Shown here in pieces: positions 12,401 to 26,162 of a stretch of 64,000 nt of DNA; position 1 is the stretch's first letter, and every line of letters starts with the position of its first letter. The translations under genes and the position numbers were made by a program. The stretch covers positions 44,969,404-45,033,403 of the forward strand of contig NC_081379.1 in the NCBI RefSeq assembly GCF_030684315.1, read 5' to 3'. Origin of the DNA: Stegostoma tigrinum (taxonomy: Eukaryota). The notes under the pieces were generated by a model. That model made no database searches. It had not been told where the DNA came from and saw only the letters and a list, made by a program, of their open reading frames with translations.

Positions 12401-13153
12401 TAGTGCAGTGATCACTAAAACAACTGAGCCATTATCAATCTCCATTATACTCAGGTGACTATTTAATCAGGCGTTTATAAGGTTTTAGAGTAGATTTATA
12501 GCTCGGGTTGCGGATGTTGGGCTTGGTTGGCTCGCCAAGCTGGTTCATTGTTTTTCAGCAGACGTTTCATTACACCTGCTGGGTAACATCATCAATGTAG
12601 CCTCCGATGAGGCCCTGTTGTGTTTTCCTGCCTGTTATTTAAACTCTGGAGTCCACTGAGCTGGATTACCTCACTTCTGGTTTTCCTTCGCAGTGGAGTG
12701 TATATAGAGTCGAGCTCTATGTGTTTTTTGATGGCTTTCTTCATGGAATACCAGGCCTCTAGGAATTCCTGGGTCTCATCCCATGACCAACCCTCCCTCT
12801 CATCCCCACCTCCTTGACCTGACACAACCTGTTCATCTTGTCTCTCACCTATCCGCTACTCCCACCTCACTGACCAATCCCCACCACTGCCTACCTGCAC
12901 TCACCTGTTACCATCCTACCTACCTTCCCCAGCCCCACCCCTCCTCTCTGTATTCATTTTTGAATTGCCTTCCCCCTCCCCCATTTCTGAAGAAAGGTCC
13001 CGACCCAAAACGTCAACTTCCCTGCCCCTCTGATGTTGCCTAGCCCGCTGTGCTCCTCCAGCTCCATACTGTGTATTCTCTGACTCCAGCATCAGCAATT
13101 CTTACTATCTCTTGTATGAGATCCACCTGGCTGACCTCATTACAATCATGGCA
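9478..13153 (-). mobile_element. Gypsy/Ty3 LTR retrotransposon, decayed, gag deleted
   Basis: 3' LTR 9478-9659 (TG..CA) with a polypurine tract at 9660-9669; start of the 5' LTR at 13113-13153; 5-bp TSD ATAAG (9473-9477, 13154-13158). RT (LELRSFLGLVN), RNase H (HDASPYG, TDHKP) and integrase (YPSSNGLAARVVQTLK) remnants. Confidence 0.88.
12483..13112. mobile_element. Back-to-back PLE tails from two families (Poseidon-type minus, Neptune-type plus)
   Basis: 12483-12775 matches 26163-26450 (EFLEAWYSMKKAIKKHIELD); 12776-13112 matches the pyrimidine-rich tails at 34250-34630 and 48390-48715. Confidence 0.75.
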
Positions 13154-13185
13154 ATAAGACACATCTTTTCCTAGAAAGCTGCCTG

Positions 13186-13292
13186 AAACGTCAGCTTTTG
13201 TGCTCCTGAGATGCTGCTTGGCCTGCTGTGTTCATCCAGCCTCACATTTTATTATCTTGGAATCTCCAGCATCTGCAGTTCCCATTATCTCT
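13186..13292 (+). mobile_element. PLE 3' tail fragment
   Basis: GAAACGTCAGCTTTTGTGCTCCTGAGATGC...CCCATTATCT, same family as 46559-46665. Confidence 0.8.
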
Positions 13293-15197
13293 CTTCTAAA
13301 ACTGCTGCCTGTTTTATCATCCAGCAGTCACCCCAGCGTACAGATCATTAACATGTGCTTCGGAATTACACAGTTTTTGTGGACTGCCGATAAAATCTCA
13401 TACATACCCAATGGGAGCAAAAAACCAAAAGTTTCCTTATATGTTAAGAGCAACACTGGATGAAAGACACTTTGGTTCTCCTGTGACAGAGAAATTTACT
13501 TGGGAATGGACTAAGCAAGAAGAACAAATGAAAATTGAAAAGAGCAAGCTTTTTTTTTAGTTGTGCTTCAAAATGTCTGTTTCTGGAAAACAAAATGAAA
13601 AATATAATGGAATACAAAACAAAAGTGGCTCTCTGTACCCTTCAACATGATTGTAAGGGAAGCAAGAAGAAAGAGAAACTGGTATTATTTGTTTTTGCAG
13701 GAGAATACCTTAGAGCAACATATTCGTTAAATTGGCACTGACAAAGCAAGTGTAGGTTAGGACAGACAATAAAGGCTGAATGTGATGCAGATATTTAAAC
13801 TTCACAGGATAATGATAAATATAAGGCAATAAAAAAACTTTGGAATGTGATACGGTTGAAATTTTCCTCATGTGATCTTTTACCAAACAGGATAGGGGAT
13901 ATCAATCATGTAAAAAATGTCTGGTCACAAGAAGATGCACTCCCCTTCTGGTTTGGTGTGTTCTGACAACAAAATTGATTTTAAAAACAAACAGCACCAA
14001 TTTTGAATTTCCACATGGAATTTTTTGGCCACTCTTATCTGGCTGGAGAAAGTGTGGTAGATGTATCCAAGTGGCTTCCTTAAAAGAAAACATCCCTTTT
14101 AATGTGTGACCACTGCTAGACACACATATTAAGCCCCATAAAGGAAGGTTGTGGATTTGAAGATGCTGCTAGCTTCTATTTCAGGCAGCCTCAGATGCCA
14201 CATTATCCTGAGGAGCCATGTAAAACATTCGTATTTGATGAGCTTTGTGACTGGGTCCAAATCATGATTCAATGTTGACGGGGTGAATGAAGCTGCTCAA
14301 TATTTTTCATGTGTACTTGATGGGTTGGAAAGATTCGTGGCAATTACTATATTATGACACAATTGTGCACTTATTCACAAATTTTGTTTTTGACTATAGT
14401 GAAAAAGATATACCATTTGAAGTAAGTGACATTTCATATAATAACAGTAACAATGAGTATTTCAGCAGCAGTGGAGACATTTTTGGATTCTGTGATAGGT
14501 AAGACTTATTGCTGTATTGTTGTTTTTGGTTCAGAATGGTAAATATGGATAAAAAATACCTGTATGTCAAGAATTTTCTTTCTGAATATTTTCACAATTG
14601 TGGTATGCCTTGTGGATCAATACGATCTGGCAAATATGGCATATTTTTGAAGGATTCTTTTTTTCTTTCATGTAGCCTGCATAGATATGACTTGTGGTGT
14701 ACATTTATCAATGTGATGATATTTTTTATGTTTACATTGATATCAAGGGTCAATGAGATCTGTTAGCAGAAACTGCCAATTCTCTGCCCCTGTCTGGCCT
14801 GCCATCAATGACTTTGATTCATAGCTGTGTCAATTAAATGTGACATGCTCCTGTGAGTTGCATGATTAGTTACAATTTATGACATTGCTAGAAAGTAACA
14901 CCACGAGACTGATTAGTTGATCATTGTTTAACAATGCATTTGTTTAAAATAACTGTTATTTGAATGGTGATGGTAATTTTTTGATCAATAAAAGTTATCA
15001 GAACATATTGATCATCTTATAACCCAATACAAGTTGTATGACTTTTAGTTTCATTGAATATATAAATTTTGAGAAACTCTCTATATTTAGGAGGCTTGAA
15101 AGGAGTAACCCTTTTAATTCATATTGCATATTATTTTGTACATTCAATGTGAAGGTGATTTCCAGTTGCTCTATACTCATTCCTGATATGACGGCCT

Positions 15198-15745
15198 TTT
15201 AGAGTTATAGAGTCATTTAGCATACGGACAGACCTATTGGTCCAACTCATCCATGCTGACCAAGTTTGCCAGACTGAAGTAATCCCACTTCCCTGCATTT
15301 GGCTCATAGCCCTTTAAACCTTTCCTATTCATGTACCCATCCAAATGTCTTTTAAACGTTGTAACTGTACATCATCTACCACTTACTCTGGCAATTCATT
15401 CCACATTAGAACGACCCTCAGTGTGAAAAGGTTGCCCCTTCAGGCCTCCTTTAAATATTTCTCCGCTTACCTTAACAATGTGCCCCTAGTTTTGAACACC
15501 CTCAACCTACGGAAAAGATCTTTGCTATTCACCTTATCTCTACCCCTTATGATTTTATAAATCTCCAAAAGGTTGCCCCGCAACCTCCTATGCTCCAGTG
15601 AAAAAAGTCCCAGCCTATCCAGCCTCTCCCTATAACTCAAATCCTTCAGTCCCACAACATCCTCGGAATGTTTTTCTGAATCCTCTCCTATCTAATAATA
15701 TCCTCCCTCGAGCAGGCCAACCAGAACTGTACACAGTACTCCAAA
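15198..15745 (-). mobile_element. CR1 LINE 3' end
   Basis: GLKDLSYRERLDRLGLFSLEHRRLRGNLLEIYKIIRGRDKV, the canonical CR1 ORF2 C-terminus. Confidence 0.85.
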
Positions 15746-15859
15746 GTTATCTTTTGAAGAAAGTTTTAAAATGTTTGGCCTTCATATTTTCAGGTTTAGA
15801 ATAATGAAAGGTGATCTTATTGAAACATCAAAGATCCTGAGGGCAGAGAAATCTGTAAG

Positions 15860-15904
15860 GTGTGTGTGTGTGTGTATGTGTGTGTGAGAGAGAGAGAGAG
15901 AGAG
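15860..15904 (+). repeat. (GT)n(GA)n compound microsatellite
   Basis: Read directly from the sequence. Confidence 0.95.
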
Positions 15905-15917
15905 GGGTGAGTCACAA

Positions 15918-16185
15918 GAAGATTCACTCCACTTCTTTCCTTCTGAAGTGTACACCTACCTGGGAGAAATGTCTGAGGACGATATCCAAATTCTCTGAAT
16001 GCTCCTTATTGGTCTTGCCTGTTATCAGCGCATCGTCTAGATAAATGGCATCCTGGGGTTGAACTTGTAAAATGTTCTCCAGTGTCATATATTAGTCCAA
16101 ACCCTTATGGGTATTAATTATGATTTAATTCTGAGAATTCTGATAGGACTGCAGTTGCAACTACTTATGGCACATATTCAGGTTC
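15918..16185 (-). mobile_element. Gypsy RT fragment
   Basis: Colinear with 11555-11790 of the Gypsy element. Confidence 0.75.
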
Positions 16186-17380
16186 ATGTAGTGTGTGGTG
16201 TGTTGGAGGGTTGCTGGAGTAAAGAGGGGACTTCATACTATGTTTAGAATTTAGTTCCCAGGTCTTCAAAATATTTCACCCTCTTTATTCTTGGAAGTGA
16301 CGTAAGATAGAGTGGTATTTGGAGGATGATTGAAATTATGCAGATGATGTATAATTAGGAAAAAGTGCTGTCATTTTCAGGATCAATTTCAGCTCATTAA
16401 ACCACCCGTATTGATTCTTGATGTACTTTTAAATTTATGCTGTATTCGGTTTATTTAACACAGGCATAATACTCCTTTCTGTACTTAATTTTCTGCGAAT
16501 GATTCAATTAGAATGAAGAAAACATAATGTACGTATTCATGCCACCAGAAAAATCACATAAAAAAATCATAAAACAACTTATCACACAATGAAGGTATTT
16601 TTGTAGTAAGTCTCTAAGGGTAAATTTCCATGATAGCTTTGCTGTGAAGCATAGCATGATGGTAGAGTCTTAGTCAAATTTGACTTACAGTCAGGTTGGA
16701 CATTAAGATCTGATTTTTACCAGATAGTCTTGAAATTCAGATCAGCTGAGCACCTACAAATAAATGGTGTAAAAATTTGGAAATGGAAGATTGACATTTC
16801 TCTGAAGTGACAGCCTCTGTTGATGGGGAAAAAAAAGAGGAATTAAGGATGAAAACATGAGAATTTATCCCAGGAGGAGGCTCTGACCTTTGTATTCTTA
16901 ATTAAAGAAATAGATTGACCCTACTTCTTCCATTTTATGAAGCAGCAACAGTGCCTAAGCTCTGTGAAGAGAGTTCTTTAAGTAATGTACTAAATTGACT
17001 TTCAATTTGCCTCCAGCATTTGGGCACATTTTCACTTTCTTCAACCTCTTTTCCATTGACTCTTGACAAGATGCAGTGGAGAATCTAATCAATTGTTTTC
17101 TGTCCTCACTACATTTTGTCAGATTTCCAAGTGCACAGTTTGGTGACCTATTACAGCTCATCACTTTCCCCCTCCCATCTGGAAGATGGAATTACAATTT
17201 TCTTAAGTGCCTGGCTTCCCAAAAGATGGCTCAAAGCTGGTAATTTTGACCATGTTTATGAGTGTCCTTCATAATGTAATTGGAAAGGTATGTCATTCAT
17301 TGGACATTCAATTTGAATGCAACGAACACAATTAAAATTTACCATTAACCATGGGCAGCATAGTGGCTGTGGGTGGTATG

Positions 17381-17655
17381 GTGGTTCAGTGGTCAGCACT
17401 GCTGCTGTACAGCACCAGGGACTTGGGTTTGATTCCACTGTCAGGTGACTGTCTGTGTGGAGCTTTCACATTTTCCACATGCCTTTGTAGGTTTCCTCCC
17501 ACAGTCCAAAGATGTGCAGGGTTGGTGGATTTACCATGGGAAATTGAGGGTAACAGGGATAGGATGGCAGGATGGATCTGGGTGGTCTTTTCGGAGGATT
17601 GGTGTGGACTTGATGGGCTGAGTAGCCTGATTTGACATTTGTAGGTATTTTATGG
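17381..17655 (+). mobile_element. HE1-like V-SINE, diverged
   Basis: GGTGGTTCAGTGGTCAGCAC..GGGTTTGATTCC..CTGTCTGTGTGGAG, homologous to 940-1253. Confidence 0.75.
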
Positions 17656-18228
17656 TGCAGTATTATTCAAGTTGGCTGAGCCTGACATACAGTGTGTGAT
17701 CAATATTGGTGGCCATTGATGCTTGCAAGGTCTGCAGTACTTCATTTGCAAAGCACATACTGTGATTTTTGGGTTTCATGTTTGTAAATGCTTTATTCTA
17801 CTCCTGAGAATTCTATAAAATTCATTTAAATCTGCTGTCATTAATTTATACAGTATTAGAGGCCTTGTAATTTTACTTTTTCCCAGCTTATCAGAGCCAC
17901 AATAATTATGACAATTTTATTTTTTCATTCATGGTTAGAAATCATTTGCATTTTGTTTAAGCAATGCGTGCAACCTATATTCCTAGCCACTGTATATTTT
18001 TTCAACTAAGGTATCACATCTGGACCATCTTATATGAAGGCGCAACCAGTCAACAAAAGAACTATGCAGGTGGGACTGATTTAGTTTGGGATTATATTTG
18101 GCATGGACTGGTTTGACCTAAAATTTAGTTTCCATGCTATATGACTGTATAAATATGCTATAATTTGTTTTATAGATTACAGTGTAGGAATTCAGCTGGG
18201 AAGTTAATGTTGATTTTTTTTCCTTCAG

Positions 18229-18331
18229 GCTGTTTGGAGAACTTAAAATTTCTTTTGAAGGATGAGGATGCTACTGTTCGTCGCAAGACCACAGAAATTT
18301 TCTATATTTTGGTTACACATAGTATTGGAAG
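18229..18331 (+). CDS. RSPH14: Radial spoke head 14 homolog, coding exon 2
   Basis: Acceptor ttttttttccttcag and donor AG|GTAAGA; 103 nt; in frame with exon 1, encoding (G)[33 protein letters not shown](R), an ARM/HEAT-like segment. Confidence 0.92.
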
Positions 18332-18879
18332 GTAAGAGAATCTCTTAAAAGGCCTTTAAAACCACAGCCTACTGTTCATTAAATAATGCTTTGAAGAGAC
18401 TTTGCGAAAAAGATTTGGCATGAGTGGGATATGAGTGTCAATAAACAAAAACTACAAATGCTATCACATCGAGAAAAGAACAATAGATGTTTTGTAGGGA
18501 GCAACTGTTATGGAATTTCAATATTCTGTGCAGAATACAGCAGTTTTTATTAACAGCAGTTAATTATTTGTGAATGAAGCAATAATTGAAGTGTATAGTG
18601 CAAATTACAAATAGATATGCTTCCTAATTGTGAATGTTTATTCATAATGTAGATAGTCACTATATAAGTACAATAAAGATTGGTTTGCTGACAAGAATGT
18701 TGCATTAATGCGCTGTGCCATGCAGATTTACCACAAGAGTTAACCACAATGCTAGTAAAGCTGGCAGATTACTGAGCACTTCAATTTACCCTTCAGCGTG
18801 GAGTTTGACAAAATGTATTTTGTATTCTGTACAAGGAGTGATTTATATATTATTTCAACAGTGACAATACGCGCAGAAT

Positions 18880-19965
18880 AAATCACGGTGATTCACAGGG
18901 GTATTACAAAACAACTATGAAACCAAACCATGCAATAGGGTATGGGAGATGAGAAATCACTCAAACAGAAAAGCTTTAAGAAGTATCTTAAAGGAGGACA
19001 GTGGAGAGGTTGATAAATTTTGTAGTGAACATTCCAGTATTTAAGGCCAAAGCAGTTGAAGGCACAGCTACCAATGAGGGGGCAATTAAAATTAAGGATA
19101 CAAAGAGATTGGAATTAAAGGAGTGCAAATATCTTGGATGGTATTAGAGAAGATCACGAAGATAAAGAGAAACGAGGCCACAGGAGGACTTTAAAACTAG
19201 AATGAAAATGTTAAACTTGAATATGGGAGCCTGGTATAAGTTAGCTAGCCCAAGGTGAAATGTGAATGTGATTTATTGAGGTTTAGGATGTGGATGGTCT
19301 AGTTTTTGGATGACCTCAAATTTACAGAGGTTAAAGTGTGGGAGACCACCCAGGAATACATGGAATAATAAAGTCTAGAAGTTGGACCTACATGACTGAG
19401 GATTTTAGTAACAGGTGAACTGAAATGGAGTAAAGTCCAGTAATTTTGTATAAGTGGAGATAGGTTGTTGTAGCGAGTGCACTGATCACTGGTTGAAATC
19501 TCATCCAAGAGTTAAATATAATATCAAATTTGTGAGCAGTTTAATTCATCAACATACAGTTGCCAGGGAGAAGGATATTTAGTCAGCTAGAGAGCAGAGC
19601 CTAGAATATGGATTGAAGGTAATGATTTCAGTTTTCTCAATATTTAACTGGAGGAACATTCTAATCAAGCAATGATGAATACCAGATAAGCAGTTTGACA
19701 ATTTACAGAAATTGAAGGAGTCAAAAGCAGTAATGGTGAGCTAAAGGTTTGTGTACATCTGGGTAGGATAGCAACAGATAGGGGCAAGGATAGATCTTTG
19801 GAGGGCACCAAAGATAACTGTGCAGAAGCAGAAAGATCACAAGTGATTCTCTGGTTAAGATTAGATAGATATGAATGGAACCAATTGAGACCAGTTGGAC
19901 AATGTTGAAAGAAGATGGTGTGATCACCTGCAGCTGCTGATAAGTTGCAAAGAGAGGACAGAATG
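18880..19965 (-). mobile_element. Old L2-like LINE remnant
   Basis: Purine-rich plus strand typical of antisense L2 ORF2; no intact motif could be read. Confidence 0.4.
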
Positions 19966-21294
19966 TCATGCTGAGAGTGGTGATGATGTTAATGTAGTCT
20001 TGGACTACTAATTACTGTTCAGGCAGAAGCATGAGAAATTCACCAGAGTCAATTGCCTACCAAGAGCTGGACAATATCATCAGGAAACCTGCCATCATTT
20101 ATGGCATTTTCCAAACCAGATCACCTATGAAAGAACAACTTCTCATCTGGAATATTTAGATAATTGCAACTTGGTCACAACATAGCTACTTCCAATTGAT
20201 AAATTGAAACTTGTTGATTTTTGTATGATGTAGTGGTAAAATCATTTTGTGCTGTTTTTGCTGTGGCTTAGTTTTTAAAAAAATCTCACTTTCATCAAAT
20301 AAACCGTGGGACTGATTTTTATGACCCACTGCCTTCATACCCAGACCCACTCTGTCTCCTATATTACGAGTGGATAAAGAGGTGAGAGGTAAGGACTTAG
20401 CCACCGTTGACCACTTGACAACCTGATTCCTCCTCCAATGTGGCAATGCATGCAACTGGGAAAGTAGAAAAATGCAGCCAGTCTGATAGATTTCATTGCA
20501 TGGACCAAGACGGAATGGAAAGGTACTGCCTACTTTTGCAGTGGATCCCTGTGCAGATTGGCAGAGTTGACACCAAAGATGGGTCACGCTGTAAGTGACT
20601 CTCTTATTGGCATCTAAAATGTGACTTTACCCAACATTGTTGAGGTCTTTAATTCCTCCGTAACCAAAATGCCAGGACTCCCCTTCAAGTCCAGTTACCC
20701 ATGTTCGTCTTTTCTGGGAACTGCACTTCATGTCGCAATCGTATTTCTCAGTTAGTTTAACCACAAAGCTTGAATTTATACAGCCCCCCCTGCATGACCT
20801 TAGTACCAAAAGCACTTTATGGTTAATTAAATACTTTTAAAATATTTACTGTATAATGTAGGAAATATATAAATAAATAAGGATTGGTTTTCCTTGTATT
20901 AGAAAACTATTTGTAAGTTTCAGAACTAGAAAGTAACTCATAAGGGTACATAAACATTTCATGCCTTACCATGTCCTATTTGATGCCTCAGGTTAAAAGT
21001 TGAGACAAACATTATACTTAGGACGCAGTTGGACGTAAAGATGGACACAGATTTTCCCAAATTTGAAGACTTAACAATGACGTTACGTCTTGTTAACTGC
21101 ACATCTGAAGAAGATTATCATTCACATTAGCTATAGTGTCTTGTGCTGGGATCAACATGTGTATAGGAGGAAGTTACATGGTGGAGATGTATACAGCAGG
21201 GACGTGAAAGTTGCAGGAGACAATACCCATTTCACAGTCTTTATAGCTGGAGACTTAGTTTCTCTTGGAAAACTAGTGATTACACAGACTGAGA

Positions 21295-21620
21295 CTCTCA
21301 AAATCCCGAGGGGCATAGATAAGGTGAATAGCTAAGGTCTTTTCTCCAGGGTCAGGGAGTCCAGAACTAGAGAGCATAGGTTTAAGGTGAGGAGGGAAAG
21401 ATTTAAATAGGATCTGAGGGGTGCATATATGGAATGAGTTGCTCGAGGAAGATAGATACAGTTACAACATTCCAAAGATGTTTGGACAAGTACATGGATA
21501 AGAAAGGTTTAGAGGGACATGGACCAAACGTAGGTCAATGGAAGTGGTTCAGTTTAGGAAACCTGGTTGACATGGACAACTTGGCCAAAGGCCTGTTCCA
21601 TAAGTCCATGATTCTATGTT
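21295..21620 (+). mobile_element. CR1 3' end
   Basis: KIPRGIDKVNS..SRTREHRFKVR followed by a CR1 3' UTR similar to 38540-38899. Confidence 0.75.
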
Positions 21621-21834
21621 AGGTGTTAGCATTCATCTTTAGCTGACCTGAAACTTGATAGATCTGGCAAATTACAAAACTGTGAAAAGCTTTGCCCTCA
21701 ATTAATTTTAACCTATGCTTCCTTTTTGGATACTGGGGTATCGAGTCTGTTTTCATAGTCTTGGAGCTAGGTTGACATTCTCATGCAATACAGAGGGAAT
21801 ACTCCTCTATTGGAGGTGCTGTTAGATGTGATAA

Positions 21835-23525
21835 TAAACAGAATTCTGGGAGACATGGCCACATGGTCAACACAACTGTACAGCAGGTCAGAGAGAACCT
21901 GATATCAGGGCATGGCTCAGAGGGGAAGGGTGCAGTCAGACAGAGCAGTACTCCACAAGACATCCTCTTTAAGACAGCAAAGAAGGGCAGTGAAACAGAG
22001 GGTGGCTGAGAGTCATCACAGCAGAATTCTGGGAGGCATTGCTACACAGTAATCACGACTGTGCAGGAGACCTCTGCAGTATGCACTCTGTGAGATTGTG
22101 AAGGAGGGCAGTGAACCAGAAAGCTGCTGAGAGTCATCCTGGTGGAATTCTGGAAGAAATCGCCACAGTCACAATGACTGTTCAGCAGGTCAGAGAGAAC
22201 CCGGTGTCAAAGTGTGGCTCAGAGGGAAAAGATGCAGTCAGACTGAGCAATACTGATAGGAGACTCGATTGTGAGGAGGATAGACAGGAGATTCTGTGGC
22301 TGAGGGCCACAGGGCTTTGTGACAAAGGGATGGCATCCTGCGAAATGAATATAGGCAGTTAGGTAAGAAGTTAAAAAGCAGGACTTCAAGAGATTACAAC
22401 AGTGCTTAGAGAGGATATTCTTCAGGGGCCTTTGAATGAGGCTGTTTGGCTAGAACTTAGCAACAAGAAGGGAATGGTCACTCTGTTGGGTCGGTAGTAT
22501 AGACCCCCAAATAGTCAGTGTGTACTAGATATGTAGAGAGATTGCAAATACCTGCAGGAATAATAGAGTAGTTTTGGTTGGAGATTTTAATTTCCCCTGT
22601 ATTGACTGGGCCACCCAGAGTGTAAAAGGCCCGGACAGGGTAGATGTGGTCAAATGTGTCCAAGAAAGTTTCCTAAACCAATATGTAGAGGGTCCTACTC
22701 TGATACATATTACCAGAGAGGAGGTGTTCGCAGTCTTAAAGTGCATTAAGGTAGATAAACTCCTGGGCCTAATCAAGTCCATCCTCGGATGCTGTGGGAG
22801 GCTAAGGAAGAAATTGCAGAGGCCCTCGCCGAGATTTTTGCTTCGTCTTTAGCCACTGGTGAAGTTCCAGAAGACTGGAAGGTGGCTCATGTTGTTCCAT
22901 TGTTTCAAAAAGGTGGCAAAGACAAGCCAAAGAACTACAGGTCAGTGAGCATGTCAGTAGTGGTAGGCAAGTTATTGGAGAGGATCCTGAGGGACAGGAT
23001 CAACCAACGTTTGGTCTGATTAGTGGATTTGTGCGTGGGAAGTAATCTTTGACAAATCTTTGAGTTTTTCAAAGAGGTAATCAAGAGGATAGATGAGGGT
23101 AGGGCAGTGGATGTTGTCTATATGGACTTTAGTTAGGCCTGTGACAAGGTCCTGCATGGCAGGCTAGTTAGGAAAGTTAGGTCACATGGAATCCAGGGAG
23201 AGCTAGCTAATTGGATTCAAAATTGGCTCGATGGTAGGAAGCATAGGCTGATGTTTGAAGATTATTTCTCGGACTGGAAGCCTCTCACTAGTGGTGTGCC
23301 TCAGGGGTCAGTGCTGGGATCTTTGTTGTTTGTTATTTACCTAACTGATCCGGATGTCAACGTACAAGGCATGATTAATAAGCTTGAGGATGATACAAAA
23401 TTAGGAGGTATCATTGATAGCGAAGAAGGTTGTCAAAAATTACAGAGGGATCTTGATCAGATGGGAAGTAGGCTGAGGACTGGCAAGTGCAGTTCAGTAC
23501 AGATAAATGTGAGGTGTTGCACTTA
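21835..23525 (+). mobile_element. CR1 LINE, internally deleted (ORF1 repeats, APE, RT)
   Basis: VGDFNFPCIDW, GEVPEDWKVAHVVPLFQKG, SGVPQGSVLG..EDDTKLGG. Confidence 0.88.
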
Positions 23526-23799
23526 TACATTAGAATGATTTAAGACTGTCAACCCGTTGTTTCACTTGTAGCTTATCTCGCTTGCCTAAAGCACATTAGC
23601 CCTCATCCAAACAATGTTTTCTCCCACTGTTCACCACTCCATGTTATGATCACTGGCTTATCAAGGATTGATTAACTGTGTGGCTGAGTTTATTTGATAC
23701 AGTGAAAAACATAAGTTATAGGGTAGAAATTACAGCAAACCAACTGATTTCTGTGTACACAGCGTGCAAATCCATTGCAGAATAACTGGCAGGCAGAGT

Positions 23800-25130
23800 T
23801 TAACAGCGTGGAGTTCGAGGAACACAGCAGGTCATAGCAGCATCAGAGGAGTAGGAGAGTAGATGTTTTGGCTTAGACCCTTCATCGGTACTGGGGAGGG
23901 GGAAGGGAGCTGGGAAGTAAACAGAGGGAAGGGGGTGGGCTGGGGGAAGGTAGGTGGGATGATGATAGATGGATGCAGGTAGGGGTATTAGGGATAGGTC
24001 AGTGGGAAAGGTGGAGCGGATAAGTGGAGAGGAATATGAACACTTAGTGTCAGGTCCAAGAGGCAGGGATGAGAGGGAGGGTTGAACTTGGAATGAGATC
24101 ATGAGTGAGGAGATTTTGAAACTGGTAAATTCTATGTTTAGGGCATCAGGTTGTAGGCTCCCAAGGTAGAATATGAGGTGTCGTTCTTTCACTTTGCGTG
24201 TGCTGTCATTGTGGCACTGGAGGAGGCCCGGGATGGACATGTCATCAAGGGCCTGGGGGGGGGAGTTAAAACGGTTAGCAACTGGAAGGTATTGCTGATT
24301 ATAGCATACGGAGCATAGGTGCTCCACAAATCTGTCACCGAGCCTACTTTTGGTCTCACTAATGTAGAGGAGGCCACATCAGGAGCAACAGTTATAGTAG
24401 ACCAGGTTGGAGGATGTGCAGATGAATCCATCAGATATGCAATGTTTTTCTTGGGCCTGGGATGGAGAGGGGAGGTGTAGGTACATGTGTAGCATCTCCT
24501 GTAGTTACAGGGAAAGGTGCCAGGGTGGTAGGGTTGGTGGGGAGTGTGGAGTGGACCAGGGAGTCACGGAATTAGTGATTCTGACAAAAGGCATATAGGG
24601 GTGGGGAGGGAAATATCTCTTTGGTGGTGGGGCCGGATTGTAGGTGGTGGGAGTGGCGGAGGATTATTTGCTGGATGTGGAGGTTGGTGAGGTAGTATGT
24701 GAAGACCAGGAGTCTCTGTCTTTATTTTTGTTCGGGCGGTGGGGGTGGTTTGAGAGCAGAAATGTGAGAGATGCTGGAGAAGTGGTTGAGGGCGTTTTTG
24801 ATCAACAGAGGGGGGAAGTTGCGGTCCTTGAAGCAAGAGGACATCTGGGATGTCCTGGAATGGAATGCACCATCTTGGGAGCCGATGCGGCAGAGGCAGA
24901 GGAATTGGGAGTAAAGGATCACATTCTTGCAAGAAGGTGGGTGAGAGGAGGTGCAGTGAAGGTGTGAGTCGGTGGGTTTGAAACAGATGTCAGTGCTGAG
25001 ACGGTTACCGGGTATGGAGACAGACAGGTCCAGGAAGGGGAGGGAGGTATTGGAGATGGTCGAGGTGATTTTGAGATTGGGGTGAAAGGTGTTCGTAAAA
25101 TTGAACTGTTCAAGCTCCTCATGACAGGCA
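23800..25130 (-). mobile_element. Penelope-like element (Neptune-type): RT C-terminus, GIY-YIG endonuclease and tail
   Basis: FHPNLKIT..LPFLDLSV..FKPTDSH..SSHPPSCK (PLE RT) and EHL..LPVANRFNS..ERHLIFYLGSLQPDALN (GIY-YIG C-terminus); frameshifted. Confidence 0.88.
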
Positions 25131-26162
25131 GAGTTGCAACATTGTGTACACACAGCACATGAAGTCCTTAAAGGTGAACTGTCTTAAACACAAAGTACAC
25201 GTACAGCAGGAAGAGCTAGGGGAGTTAACAGAGTTCTGCACTTGTTACTAGTTTTATGTGAAAATATTTTAGTAGCAGTAATAATAAAAAGAAAAAGTTT
25301 ATAGAAGTCAAATTGAAATAACCAAGGATAATGAGTGAGATCAAGATGGTTAAAAGAAAAGCCAGTCAACCACAGTATTGTCTTTCATGTGAAGATGGGG
25401 TCTGCTGGATATCCAGTGGAACATAGAACGTCACAGTTGAGAGACACATGACTCAATCTTCCAGAAGCTAAATCCTGTATAATGTGTATAGTTGAAAGTA
25501 GATTTAGCCATATTTCTCAGGGCGTAAGTTGTTTAAACTTTTAAAATTATCTAATGCTGTTAATGCCAATTATCTAGGGATCTAACCCAAATTGAATTTC
25601 ATCAGTTTTCAGTCGTCTCACACACCGATCTCAGCATTAATTGGAAATCAGTGACATTGTTATTGCTGAATTATTATTTCCATTACAACATCTGCAGCAT
25701 ATTTTCATTAAGTAACTATTCATCACTTGTTTGTCATTCAAGCTTGAAACTTGACTGTGATTGTATCTATTTATGCCCATTAATTTCTTAATTGACTGTA
25801 AATTTTGATTTTATCAATAAATAATGTTAATGCATGACTTATTGTTTGACTTGTTCTTGAATTAATCAAGGATGGAGAACTTAATTCATGTAAGAAATTA
25901 CAGATATCATAAGGTTTGCTAAAGTGAGTGCAATATTTACTGTGAACTTCATGCAGTTGGTGAATTATTTAGATATAATGCACTTCCAGATGTAAAATTG
26001 TGTCGCAAAACCCCGACAGTTTCTTACCAGAAATTGAACGAAAGAATTAAACATTTATCTGATTCCTTGAATTATATTTGCCTGGTTATCTAAACATCAT
26101 ATTTGCTACATGAAGGTTAAAGTCCTCATCCTAATGTTTACATCAAATTATCACCCTTCTCT

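Noticed and set aside
14460-14505. Possible cryptic exon ending TAG|GTAAGA
   Set aside because: Exons 1 and 2 already join in frame with the expected sizes; the acceptor is weak.
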